This document shows positions 37,401 through 50,183 of a stretch of DNA of 64,000 bases, one piece after another. Position 1 is the stretch's first letter; each line of letters starts with the position of its first letter. Source of the stretch: Podarcis gaigeae (taxonomy: Eukaryota); the NCBI GenBank assembly GCA_964106915.2, contig OZ066915.1; one strand, given 5' to 3'. The notes under the pieces were generated by a model. The model did no database searches and was not told where the DNA came from. It was given only the letters and a program-made list of their open reading frames with translations. The translations under genes and the position numbers were made by a program.

Positions 37401-40400
37401 GAAACTGTAGCCCTCCACATGTTGGGCTCCAACCCACATCAGCCCCAGGCACATGGTCAGTTGGGTTTGGGCAGATGGGCATTCTAGTCCAATAATCTCC
37501 AGAGGGCCACAGCCTTCCCATCTGTCCCATAAAGTCTGTCTTCTCTCACCATTGGTGAGTGTGCATGGGCAGGTGGAATGGACACTGTGTGGAATGGGAG
37601 GATCTGCAGCCATATGGGGATCCCTTCATATGAGTAAGGTCATCTGGGATGTGTGTGACCATCTATGCAATGTAGTCTTTGTTTGCTTCATATACACCTT
37701 GGTTATTTTTTTCCTTCTCTCCTGTGACTTTTTAATACATAGTGTTTCATTTTGTGTTTTTAGCATTGATTATATTGGGGAGGTGGGCTTGGGGAAAAAA
37801 TCTGTCTTGTGTTTCCAAGGAAAGCTCTACAATTTTCTCCTTTTTGAGCTGATCTTTCCTGTCTGGCATTTCTTACAAATTAAGCCAAGCTAACCTGAAT
37901 TTCTAGTCATGGATGAGAAACAGAGTGTTATTTCTTTGGATGAGAATGAGGGAGTTTTTTGTTTTGGATTTTCCTTGCCTCTGTACTTGATTGACTTTAT
38001 TTACTTGATTGACTTTATCCATGTTGCTGGCTCCTTGCTTAAATGCTACATGAGAGCAGCTGGAGCATCTCAGCGGAGCCAGCTGCAAGAACCTGAGTTA
38101 GTTTTATTGGTAGTACAGGCAAGACCTTGTTGTATGTAGATAGCAGCGGGACAGTCTGTGTATTGGTTTTTAGTATGTGAATATCCTTTGGCAGGTGGGT
38201 GAGAGCGACATGACAGTAGTTTCTGGTCACACAAGCAGCTCTGGTCTCCTCCTGGAAGTGGGAGGGGTTCTTCCAGGGCTACACGGTGGAGAAATGCAGT
38301 CAGCTTCAACTACGGTTCCTGCATCTCCTGCTGCTTCAGGTAGGCCTATTCTGCTATTGTTGTGTTTTTCTCTCTTCTGCATTAGTATCCTAGAGTTGGA
38401 AGGGGCTTCAGAAGAAATCCACTGCTACAGTGTGTAATTTCTGGTCTGCCATTTGTGTTGAGAACAGCAGGGGGTGTGAGGGTCCTGTTTCAAATAATGT
38501 GAATAAATCAAGAACATATTCTATGAAAGCTGAGACCTTGGAGACCAAATATGTAATTTGCATGGCAAAGCCTTTAGTCAAAGCTTTGCTTGTATGTGTC
38601 GGGGCTTTGTGTGATGTTTGATCATGTTACTTCGTGTTATGAATGTTATTGCCTTGATTCTCTTCCTTAAATCACTTTGTTCGCTTACTTCCCCTTAATG
38701 TCATATTTAGCTTAATGTTCCTTTCCACTTCCTCCATTCTTTTGGTATGTTTGTTCTTGGTATGAGCTTTCGTGTGCATGGTATCTGAAGAACTGTGCAT
38801 GTACACAAAAGCTCATACCAAGAACAAACTTAGTTGGTCTTTAAGGTGCTACTGGAAGGAATTTTTTGTGCACTTTTGTATGTATTTAACTGATAGCTTG
38901 AAACTTTTATCTGAACCATAGTGTGTCCTTTTCCCCTGCTCCCCCTTTCCTCCCTCCTTCCCTATCTTTCCCCTGCCCTCATTGTTAAGCACCTAGCAGT
39001 AGGCTGGTGGTGGGGAACCTAATTACATCCACGACCTCAGCAGTTAGCCCACTAGTTTGAGATGTACAGGTATAGGGTGGTATACAGATTTAATAAATAA
39101 TATTTTTTCCCTTGTTTTGACGTCTTATGGCATCAGGTGCAGGAAAGTTCAAGCAGGAAAAGTTTAATAATAATAATAATAAGAGGAGAAAAAGTGTGAA
39201 TATATTCCTGAATCTTCCGTTGGAGCCGGGGTTTGAAGTTTGTCACATAATGTCCTACGACATCGGCTAATTAACCCAAGGAGGCTCAGCCACTTTTGGA
39301 TCCAGCTCTCCAGTGTGATCCAATTCCTCACCCCTTCTAGATGCAAAAGGATAATACAAACATAAAGATTGGTGCCATGTGCAGCACAAAGTACCCTGAG
39401 AATCTCAACTTTTTTAAAAAAGTAGTTTTCTGGCCCATTTTAAAACAGTGTTAAAAGTGTAATTCCTGAGGAAAATGCAGGTGTTGGGGAAGTGATGTAT
39501 TCTATACTGGTTGCAGAATTCACCTTCTCTTGGTCCAAATATTTCCAGAGCACTGTTAACATGGTGCATATACAGGCTTGGCTTCAGAGTTCTGCATCAG
39601 ACTTTGTCTGCTCCAGCCCTGCTACATGACATAAGATCTTGATTGATGCCGAATTGCCTTCCTAGCTTGGTCCTCCTCCTCCATTTTTCTCGCAATGATA
39701 AACCTTATGAGGAAAAAAAATTGGGCTCTAAGTCTGCTAAACACTCCGGATTCAGCAGAAGACTTGTGTTGAGGTTCCATGAAAGGCATTTTATACTTTA
39801 CTAGCTCCCATGACTCCAGAATCCTGCTATCCCTTGGGCATTGTTGCTCAGCCCAAACTTTGCTCACTCCCTTCCTTCCCCTATCCGATTCCATCTATAC
39901 CAAAATATTGTGAATTCTGCACACCTTTAAATACTGAAAATTGAATTTAGGTTTTGCAAATAAAGGGAAAGCTATGAAAACCTCCTATGATTTGTTCAGT
40001 GTACGAAAATGTTGTTTTGCCCCAGATTTGGATTTCTTCTAGTGGTATAAAATGCTGCCCTTCCTCTTTTAAAAGCACACAGTGATCCTTGCTTGTATAT
40101 GCTCCTGAGCCCTGCTAAGTGAGTCCCAGGACAGCTCTCTGTGGTCCGTTTTGTGACTTGTGTCGGCGTGTGCAACCCTGGTGGGCATGAGCAGGTCAAG
40201 AGCCCAAAGATTGCTTGCTCTGTAGTATTCTGTAGCTTCTTGGCTAATGTGCTTTCCCCCTTCTTCACACTTTTGTTAGGTGCTCCTACACTTTCCCGCC
40301 TTTTAGAAGCTGGTCCAGCGCAATTCACCACATCGCTTGCTTCCTTTTCTGCTGTTGCCAGTGAACCTCCAGGCAAACTCCTGCCTCCCCCTGTAGAGTC

Positions 40401-43400
40401 CGTGTCTCAGGCAACTCTAGTCATGGTGCCCACGCTACAAGCACCAGCTGCTGTGCCACCCGCTGCAACTCCCGAAAGTGTAGCGACAGGTGCGTCCTTG
40501 CACTCGTATGCCCGTCCCTACCTTGCAGAAGACTTTCCCTCTTAGGTTCGGTAGAAGGTCTATGGGAATGCGGGCTGTGGGTGTCTCTAAAATCTGTAGC
40601 CGGGTGGTTGATTTTGGGAATCATTGTGCCAGAGGCCCAGTGTTGTTGAGAAGAGTCCCCCTTGTGTTTCAGGCAGGGTGCAGGAACTGATAAGGAAATA
40701 TGATCTGGGGTGAAGTTAGGGATAGAGCTAGACTCCGATGCTAAGAGATGGCTCCTGCTCTGACTCTTATCATTTGGGAGGGTGGGGGAAATAGGGGCCA
40801 TCAGCCTGCAAGTGCCTTTATTTGGGGCTGTAGAATGTGTTTTGATTTTCTTGATCTGACCCATGCTGCTGGTTGCTGCAGCTGCCAGGCTTTCACTTGA
40901 CTTGTCACTCTTGTCCAGTGAGTCAGCCCAACACCTGTGTTTCCATGGAGGCAGTGCCTGATCCTCACACTGTGACAGTGTCAATGGACAGCAGTGAGAT
41001 TTCCATGATCATTGATTCCATCAAGAAAGATTGCCTGGGCTCTGGGGCATCTGGTGCTGTAGGGACTTCCAAAGACCACAGCATTGATGGGAAGGAAGAC
41101 CTAGATCTGGCTGAGAAGATGGACATTGCAGTTTCCTACACAGGGGAAGAACTGGACTTCGAGACTGTTGGGGACATCATAGCTATCATTGAGGACAAGG
41201 TAAAATTATCTAGAGGCTTGGTCATGCCTCTCATATCACATGAAACCATAGTTAAAATAAACTTCATTTGTTTTAAACAAGGGTTAAACCTTGCTGGGTT
41301 CAGGTGACACTACAGGGTATACCCTGGCTCAGCACAACTGGAGAGTTATGAGGCACCCACAATTTTAGCAGCATGTAGTAGCATGCTGCTCGTTCATATT
41401 GTTTAAATTACTGTTTTAATGCGACATGTGAACTAGACCTCTACTCCCTCCCTGTGTTTGGCACCCTAGCCTGTTGAATAGACGGGATAGTGCAAGGTCT
41501 TTCTTTACATCTCCATTGTTCTCATGGCCTCTGATTGTTGCTTGTATCGCTGTTGGTAAAGGTGGACGACCATTCTGAGGTCCTGGATGTAGCAGCAGTA
41601 GAGGCTTTCTGCGATGAGATTGAGGATCCTCAGTCACTGACCGACCCCTGGGAGCACCCACTTCAACGAGAGCACCCAATCCAACAGGAGCACGAGAAGC
41701 AGAGTCAGATCCCCCCAATGGCTGTGACTGTAAAGCAGGAGAGACCAGACTGTGAGGAATCGGAGGCTAAGGGGATCAGAGATCTGATGAGCATTGGGGA
41801 TCTGGGAACAGAAATAAAGACAGAACCTTCTGAGCAGGGACAGATTCATCTGAGCCCTGAGGAAGCTTCAGCACTAGCAACCAGAACAAGTGAAGCCCCT
41901 GATGATGAAGAGACACGGGTTGCTGGTCTGGAGTGCTCTGAAATGGAGATGGAATCCTCAAAGGTTGAAATGGATCATGGCACAGTGAAGACAGAGGTAA
42001 ATCGATGAAGAGGCTTCTGGATATAACATGAATGGGGAATCGGTTGATAGATGAGGTATGGGAGGAGAGAGGGAGCCCCTAGCTTGAAGCTGTTTTTCAG
42101 ACCTATGCTTAGTGCACAGTAACAAGCAAATTTGTTTGTTAGCCAAACTGACTAGACAAACTAACTATGTTCACTCTGTGCAATCTGTGCTTGGGCATTC
42201 TTAGATTTACCCCAAATAAAAATCTGGCATGTATAGATTATGCAAATTGCTGAAATTGGGGCAGGGGTTATGGGTATTCTTGTTTTGCTAGCCAGAAGGG
42301 AGTGGCAGTGAGTACTGAATCCCTGTCCCCAGTCCCTCGGGAATGTTCTTCAACTATCCCTGTCACTTGGAAGACATTACCCAGCAAGTATATTGTGCAG
42401 TCACCCTTTCTTTATCATTGAAATCTGGATTCACAGTCAGCTGAACACTTCATTCTCCATTTCTTTGTACTTGTGGGGCTATAGTATACACACAGTTTTG
42501 GCCATATGTTAGATCCTTGGGGAGCCACTTGCTCAGGTATGCAGAGCTTTGCTGTGGATGCAGCTGTTTTGTTGTTCAATTGCTGTCTGCCTTTAGAGTC
42601 CTGATGGTATAAAATAGGACTTGATGCTGAGTTGTGTAGGAAGCTGGTGCTGTTGCTCATGTGAGGCCATTCTTTTCTTTCTAGCTTCCCCCTGATGATG
42701 ATACTTCCTCCCCACATGCACCAAGTGCAAGCGAAGATTCCTCACAAGCAGATCTTCACCACAAATATGAGCTTTCAGGTAACCTGACTGGCTTGCTGGG
42801 GAAGGGGGAACTGGTTGTGACACTGCTAGGGAGGGAGGCTGGTATCTGTGACTGCCTGAAATGATTGGAGTAATTTTTTCCCCTTTTCCCCCCTCCCAGA
42901 ATCAATGAAGGAAGAAGCCCAAGCTCTTTTTGAGAACCAACTGAAGGTATTTTATTTACCCTCAGATTTCTTGACTTACATGCAGAATGAAAGTATTTGT
43001 CAGCTGTTTGCATCTGAGGCCATAGGTGGAGAATGCCAGAATTAATTTAGACTGTGATCCCAATATATACCAGGTTCTCAAAAATTACAGACGAAAAGGA
43101 AAAGTTGAGTTAATCTTTCTGCAGGCAGAGATCCAGGCCTCCCTTGTAGCTATGCTATTGTGTGTTAATATTTATTCCCATCCTGTTTTTTCTGGTCAAA
43201 GACCCTCAAAAGAATGAACAAAGTATTGTGTAACAAAATGCAATATAATTAATATCTGGCAGCAGGCTGCGCTGGGTGGGGGGAAGTAGTGGTGCAGGGA
43301 TTCAGGGCCGCTACCAGCTCTGCTGAGAAGCTAGGCTGCTTCCTTCAGCTCACTTAGCAGCAGCCGTTAACATCCAACAGTGGGGGAGGAGGGGTGCAGG

Positions 43401-46400
43401 GCCATATCACCCGAGCAGCTGAGAGACCAGCAATTCTGGCACCTGTTCGTGAAGTTTTCCACTCCAGCTGCCCACTGGAAGAATTTGAAATGAAGAACTT
43501 ATACTTGAGTTTGCTTTTTCTTTCTCCCACCCAGTCTGTTTCCCTTTTATGTTGTGTACCTCTAAATTGTAAGCCTGTGAGCAGGGTCTCTTTAGGGAGG
43601 TTGGGGTAGGGAGGGTCCTGTTGTAAAAGTGGAAATAATTGTGCTAATAGGATGAGGTACCATCCTTCGTCTTAAGCATGTCAAAACCTGGCAACAATAC
43701 CATCCATAGATTTTAAGATGCTGGCATAAAATTACAGAAATCAAGGGGAAGGTAGCAGAAGCTGAAAACCTCAATTGTTGAAAAAGTCTTGATGGAGAAG
43801 AGTGGGCTTTGCCATCCTTCAAAAGTAGGAGAGGGAGGAAAAAACACCTGCCTTTTGATAGAGGTGCCACTTCTGTGAAGGCCCTGTGACTTGGGGTGGG
43901 GGAAGTGGGACAGAGTCCCTTCTGTAAATCTCAGCAAGCAGATAGACTCGTGTGGGGAAGTTAGCTGAAAGGCATTCTCCCTAATCATGCTTCCCTAGTA
44001 TGCTAGGAGCAGATGTTTGTCCATATAGCTTTTCCTTTTGCTCTGCTGTCTTCTTTGGCAGCTGGTGCAGATGCTGTTATTGGCAGCTGCACCTTAGTTG
44101 TGCTACTTGATTTGCTGGAATCTTAATCTTGTATCTAAGGGTGAAGAGGATGAGGAGGATGGTGCCAGTGAGGCTGCCAGTCTGGAAGAGCCCAAAGAGG
44201 AAGATCAGGGTGAGGGATACCTCTCTGAAATGGACAATGAGCCCCCTGTGAGTGAGAGTGATGATGGCTTCAGTATCCATAATGCGCCTTTGCAGTCTCA
44301 CACTTTGGCTGATTCCATTCCCAGCAGCCCCGCCTCCTCACAGTTGTGAGTATTGGTGAACCTACAACTACTCACTAGATAGCCCAGAACATGCAACTAG
44401 CCTGCTGAAAGTTGAGACTAACTTTGTCCCTTTGTACAGTGGTATGTAGTGTGAATTAGCTGAGACCCATGCAATGTTATAGTCACCTTCTTCTTCTTCT
44501 TGTACTACTTCTTGGCTGTATGGAGAAGCCTCAAGGTTAGACTTTTGCTTGCTAGGAGACCAGCAAACATTTCTTTTTTTTCTTTTTTGTTAACTTAGAT
44601 AAATTTGAAGTAGGAGGGGATGGATGTTGGAGATTGTGGTTAGTTGCTAGGCCATAATCTGTATGCTTTGCTTTAGGAGCCTTTGGGTGTCCTTTTCTAA
44701 TAGATGCCTTTTCCTCTTCAGCTCTGTTTGCAGTGAGGATCAGGAGGCTATTCAGGCCCAGAAGATCTGGAAAAAGGCTATTATGTTAGTTTGGAGAGCA
44801 GCAGCCAATCACAGGTAAATCAACTTGAATCCAGTGTCCAAGTATGTAGAACAGGAATGGAGAACCTTTTTGGCTCCATGGGTCAGATCTTTTATCAGGA
44901 TCTGCCTTATGGGGCAAATTTGACAGGTTGGCAGGGCCATCCACCTGTCAAAATCCCTTGTGCTTTGCGAGTCTCCCTGCGCTCCCCCTTTTTCAGCTAC
45001 TGATTGCAGAGGCTTAAAATGGGAGCAGGAGGAGACTCAGAAACCCTTTTCCAAGTCTCTCTGCAGTTCCCATTCAAGCCTCCAAGATCGGGGACTTAAA
45101 AAGGGTGGAGATAGACTTGCAGAAGGCCTTAAAAAAGCGCCCACGTTCCTCTTTGAGTCTCTGGAGCCACAAATGGGAGCTATACTAAAGTCTTTGAAGT
45201 AACTTCGGAATTAAACTGCTGCCTTGACTGCATGGACTAGTTCCCTGCTGGGAATGCATAGCCAATGCAGGATTAGACCCTGCCCTCCCACTCATCAGCT
45301 GATGTCACCAGTGATGTCAGCTGATGGGTGTGTGGGTGGCCATGGTTTGGGAGAAATGACCTGGCAGTTCCCTATGCCCGATGTAGGAAGAGGAGAGACT
45401 GCTGTATGTGTCTGTTGTACTAACATTCATTCTAGAAGAGGCATTTCCTTGTGTGAGAGAGAAAGGGGAATGCCTCTTCTTAATAGGGTGTTTGCCATCT
45501 GCAGTCCTTAGAAGTACTTGCACTTAATTTTTAAAAAATCTGCCTGATTAATTGGGCATCATTTTAGTTGATTAATTGCTTAGATTAATATATTTTAAAA
45601 CTTTTAATCAATTAAATGTTGCAACTCTAGGCATTTCCATGCGAGCCTTTAGCATAAAACCTGGCAAACGCCATGAAATTTTGAAAAACTAAGCTGTCAA
45701 ATTGAAACATAAACCCTCAAAACATGCCAGGTACTGATGGCTATGGGAGAAAACTGAAAAGGTATTGAGTGATCTTACCACATGGGCATCTGCAGCAGAA
45801 TTCTGTAGCCTATCTTCTATGTTCAGTGGGTGTCATATCTTTGTGTGGTGCAGTTCACAGTACATCCATCAGACTGCATATCTGCTACTGCTCTATGTGC
45901 ATATTTCTCAAGTCCCAACTACGCTTTGCCAGTTTGATGGAACTGGTACAAAAATATGCATATATAACACTGGTATGTAGTTTTCTCTTTGTGTATCTCC
46001 AATCGTAGAAGGTGGATTTTCAGGTGTAGAATTCTCTTGGCTATAGCATATTGAGCAAATGAGAGCATGTTGAGAGACAGTTCTGTACTTCTGCATGTGG
46101 AAGTTGTGTTACTTCCACTGACCTTGTATGTACTCAAACTTTCAGTAGCTAGTCCTGTGTCACTCTCTTACACATTTTTTTGTTGTACAGGTATGCCAAT
46201 GTCTTCTTGCAGCCCGTGACCGATGATATAGCTCCAGGTTACCACAGTATTGTACAGAGGTGAGTCACCAGTTTTTGCCTTAGTGTTGATGCCATCTGTC
46301 ACAGATCTGCCCCGGACGTCAGTCAGCCTGTAGATATCAGACACTGCCAGCATATACCTGGGACAGTCTCTTCAATCTAGCATTAATAAAGTTGACCAGG

Positions 46401-49400
46401 TACAATGATCCGATTCTTGGCAGAAGTGGGGAGAACAGCTAGTTTAGTTCTTTTTAAATATATTTTTAGATTGTATTAATAAATTTAATTTCTTCGGTAA
46501 CGTTTTCCTGGTGTTTCATTGACAGGCCAATGGATTTATCAACCATTAAGAAGAATATTGAGAATGGGCTAATCCGGACCACAGCAGAGTTCCAACGTGA
46601 TATCATGCTGATGTTCCAAAATGCTGTCATGTACAACAGCTCTGACCATGATGTATACCACATGGCTGTGGAAATGCAGCGAGATGTCTTGGAGCAGATT
46701 CAGGTAAAGCCACAGTCGGAAGTTTTCAGTGGGGCACTGTTCTTATCCTGATGTTGTATGGGAAGCACTGAGTACACTAGAGAAGATGCCTGCTGCTTGC
46801 GGCATCTTTATTGTCTCATTAGCTTTTAAGATTCTCTTAGAGAGAAACTGGTTAAACCTGATGTCTGACCATCCCTGCATGATTTACCATTCCTACGATC
46901 AATCAAAAGGAATGCAGGCTTAGAAACAAACCAGTAAACTGAAGTTACCTCCATTGTTTCTGTAGCAAGCCACTAAACTTGCATTCATGTTGAGAACCTT
47001 AATAGCTATTATGTGGTTTCTTGCAGCAATTTCTAGCCACACAGTTGATCATGCAGACGTCTGAGTCTGGGATCAGTGCAAAAAGTCTGCGTGGACGAGA
47101 TTCCACTCGGAAACAAGATGCTTCAGAGAAGGTGGGGGCTAACAAGAACCTTTGATTTGTTTGGGGGAGGTTGTTTGAGCCATTTGATAGATGCATCCAT
47201 TTGAGGGGGGGAGTAGAGAAGCTTGGACTCCTTCATTTAGAAGTCTCTTTCGGAATAGAAGTGGGCTTACCCTTTCGGTTTAATTAGTAACAAAGATGGC
47301 TGTGGCAGTCCCTCTCCCTTGCCCCCATATCCTGCATTTTTCATTATCTAGTACACTGAAAAATTAATTTGTCCTTGAAGTTGAGGATTGCTACCACATG
47401 AGGAGGGCTGGTATTTCAGTGTGTGAAGAGCAGCTCTATTCTGTTATCTGAGTGGTGGGTTAGAGACAGAGAAGTCACTTTTCCAAAACTTGAAGTCAGG
47501 AGCCCAATCGAGACATGCTTTTTTGGTTTAGACCAGGGGTTCTCAAACTTTCTACCCCCAGCACCAATTTGAGATGATTGAACATTATTGAGGTGAACCA
47601 GTCAGAAAGTAGTGGCAGAGGGAGGAAGAGCTTGCCATAATTGGCTAGCAAATTGCTGTCCTTGTTGCAAGGAGTTCCATAGCTCACCTTTCCTCAAGCT
47701 AAGTACAAACATTAGTCTGCAAGTATTGCGGCTGTTTTCCCATGTTAAGCCAGATTCACTGATTCAGATATTCTAAGTGGAGAAGTCTTTTTCTTTTATA
47801 TTTTTCCCTTTCCACCTGCACCTGCATTTTAAAGAGGTATTACCCATCTCTTCTTATTCTCCTATTCTCCTTTCACACTCAACTTGTACTTATTTTCCCA
47901 CCCACCCACCAACCCAAACTGCCTGTTTCATTCCTCTTCTCTGGTCCTTTTACATTCACTTTTCCCTATAATATCTTTCCTTTCTTAGACCCTTCTTTTT
48001 TATTCCCAGTTTGTTTATTTTCTTATTAGTCTCAATAATAATAATAACAATAAATATTAATATTTTATCTTTCTAACTTTCTTCAACACTATTCTGTGCC
48101 TTTTCCCTGAGAGGAGGGAGACCTTCTTTACCTCCTCCCCACCTGAACTTTCCTGCCTTCTGATTAGAATTTGCTGGTGCTGTCTTTGGTCCAGCCAAAA
48201 GGCTATAGTCCAGTTAGGAGGCAGGGAGGCAAGTGAGGAAGAACAGGGGAGGCTGTGACACTGAGAATGCTGGAAAGTGGCCCAAGGCCCTCTGGTGGGT
48301 CCCAGACCATGGTTTGAGAAACAGTGGCTTAGACTGCCACGTTGTCTTGTCTTCTTGTCTTCCTGTGTGTAGAGGTGTATATTTCCATCCAATTCATTTG
48401 CTACTTCGGTTTGTCTTTTAACAGGACAGTGTCCCCATGGGCTCCCCTGCCTTCCTCCTTTCTCTCTTTGTAAGTACTTAATGATTACGCTTTCAGCAGC
48501 ACAATAACAATATGGGGACATTGTCTGCATGATGAGGGGCTTTCTAAAATTACAATCAGACTATGGTCATGTCTGGGTTGCTGAAATATAAGAAGTGTCT
48601 CTACCCCCTTTTGCTTCAGTGTATTGTTTCGTGATTGGATGTCTGGGGGAAAGTGGGGGACTTTTTGTTATTTCTGGCTGCAGGCTGCTCACTTCCTTTC
48701 ATTTCTTCAGTCTGTCTCCTTCCATTCTGGCTTTGGGTAGGTCACAAGACTCTACATTTAAAAAGGCAACACTAGCTTAGAGGGTAATGTTACGCACTAA
48801 AGTCCACATTGCAGAGTAATATCCTTGGCTTGCGGCTCTTCCCTTGTTTTCCCTGCATCCCTATGTTGGATTTAATTATTCACATCTAAAGCTTGGTTCC
48901 TGCCTTCATAGCTCACAGGACTCTCAGAGCAGCTTTCTGTAAGACGTAACACAAGAATAAAATTGTGAAATTATTCTGAGAATTGCAGAGGAAAAGATCC
49001 CTAGGAAGGGTTGTCTCAATAACAGCTTCCCCGGCTGTAAAGAGAAATCTAGTTACATATGAGCTGCTGTTTCATACATACTTCTTGCAACAGTTTGTGT
49101 TGAAGCCTCCTCCAAACTATGGGATAGTTCTAGACAGTGTACATTGCAAGAAGACTAAAATACAGTGTTTTGTTTCCATGAATGCAGCCATGGTCCTATA
49201 GTAAGAAAGCTGCTGTTCTGCCCAAAGATGTGTTTTGGCAGTTTCATCCTCCACCCAAGGGAATGCGGGTAGGGATTGTTTTCTAATGCCTATTTATTAA
49301 AGACAGAGAAGCATGAGGAAAGGCAGCCAGATGGAGTGGGCAGCAGATGGAAGTGATCTCTCTAGCTTCCGTACATTCACAGAGAGCCGCTGTGAGGACA

Positions 49401-49829
49401 TGCTAGGGAGATAGTGGCAGGGTCACCCACCTGGAAGAGAACTTCTGTAAAGAGCAGCGGTTGATCAGGTATGTTAGCCAGCATCCTTTCTGCCCACTGA
49501 AAGAAATGACTTGGAACTTTTCACATGGGGCAAACACATCATCCCATATGCCAATGCCAAAAGTCCATTTTTCCCTTTCCCCTTTTGAGTTCACATGCAA
49601 ACTCTGTAGCTGGTTTCATAAGGTAGTCCTCTGTGTTTTAGGAAGGCAAGTAGCACTGCCTGTCTGCGCAGTCAGTCTTTCCTGGCAACACAGATGGCAA
49701 CCAGCAGTCTTTCCTTTTTCACAGTCTTGCTAATAACAGTGCCTTCCCTTCTCTTTGCATTTTGATTAGGATGGGGGAACCAGAGGGCGGCGTTGTGCCA
49801 TTGAAGCAGATATGAAGATGAAGAAATGA
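30527..49829 (+). CDS. BRD8: Bromodomain-containing protein 8, short (single-bromodomain) isoform, ~941 aa
   Basis: Shared exons: 30527-30545, 31202-31298, 33380-33449, 33740-33789, 34746-34868, 34975-35055, 35491-35555, 36061-36197, 36552-36767, 38195-38339, 40280-40489, 40919-41199, 41562-41996, 42685-42778, 42900-42946, 44140-44345, 44722-44814, 46191-46259, 46526-46703, 47027-47131. Then 48425-48469 (DSVPMGSPAFLLSLF) and 49770-49829 (DGGTRGRRCAIEADMKMKK*). N-terminus MAAGTGKHKLLSAGPTEPWSIREKLCLASSVMRSGDQNW; bromodomain 1 includes PMDLSTIKKNIENGLIRTTAEFQRDIMLMFQNAVMYN. AATAAA at 49938 and 50133. Confidence 0.95.
31371..31787 (-). mobile_element. L2-type LINE 3' end with (ATT)n microsatellite tail
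   Basis: (ATT)n run at ~31371-31415. Minus-strand peptide FKVLVLTFKALNGLGPIYLKE...RAFSVVAPTLWNALP...FRRHLK matches the L2 ORF2 C-terminus. Confidence 0.85.
38749..38862. mobile_element. Penelope-like retroelement terminal remnant with degenerate minimal hammerhead ribozyme
   Basis: Inverted pair 38749-38780 / 38798-38829. 38781 gtat-CTGAAGA-actgtgcatgtacac-aAAA-gctc-atac has type I hammerhead topology and is followed by aacttagttggtctttaaggtgctac. Confidence 0.55.
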
Positions 49830-50183
49830 TGCTGAAGATAAGAAACAGCCCAGTCTTTGGTGTCTGGACCCAGGAAGCAAATGAAAACCTTCCTGATCCT
49901 GAGGATGAAATGGACAGGGAAGGGCTGACCTGTCAGTAATAAAGAATATCTATCATCCTGGAATGTGTAACCAGGGTAATCCCATAAACAAGAGAGCAGC
50001 CCCACTGCCTGTTGTAGGGCAGCAGTATTGGGGTCCTATTAGTGTCCTCATATTAGCTAGCAACTGGTGGCTAGTACGTACTGTAATGTGAAGTGTACAG
50101 ATTTTTTGTATTTGTGGAGTGTAAATGTGTATAATAAACTGTCGTAGAGAATCCTGTAGAATAAGGTGTGCTGGCTGCATTGA

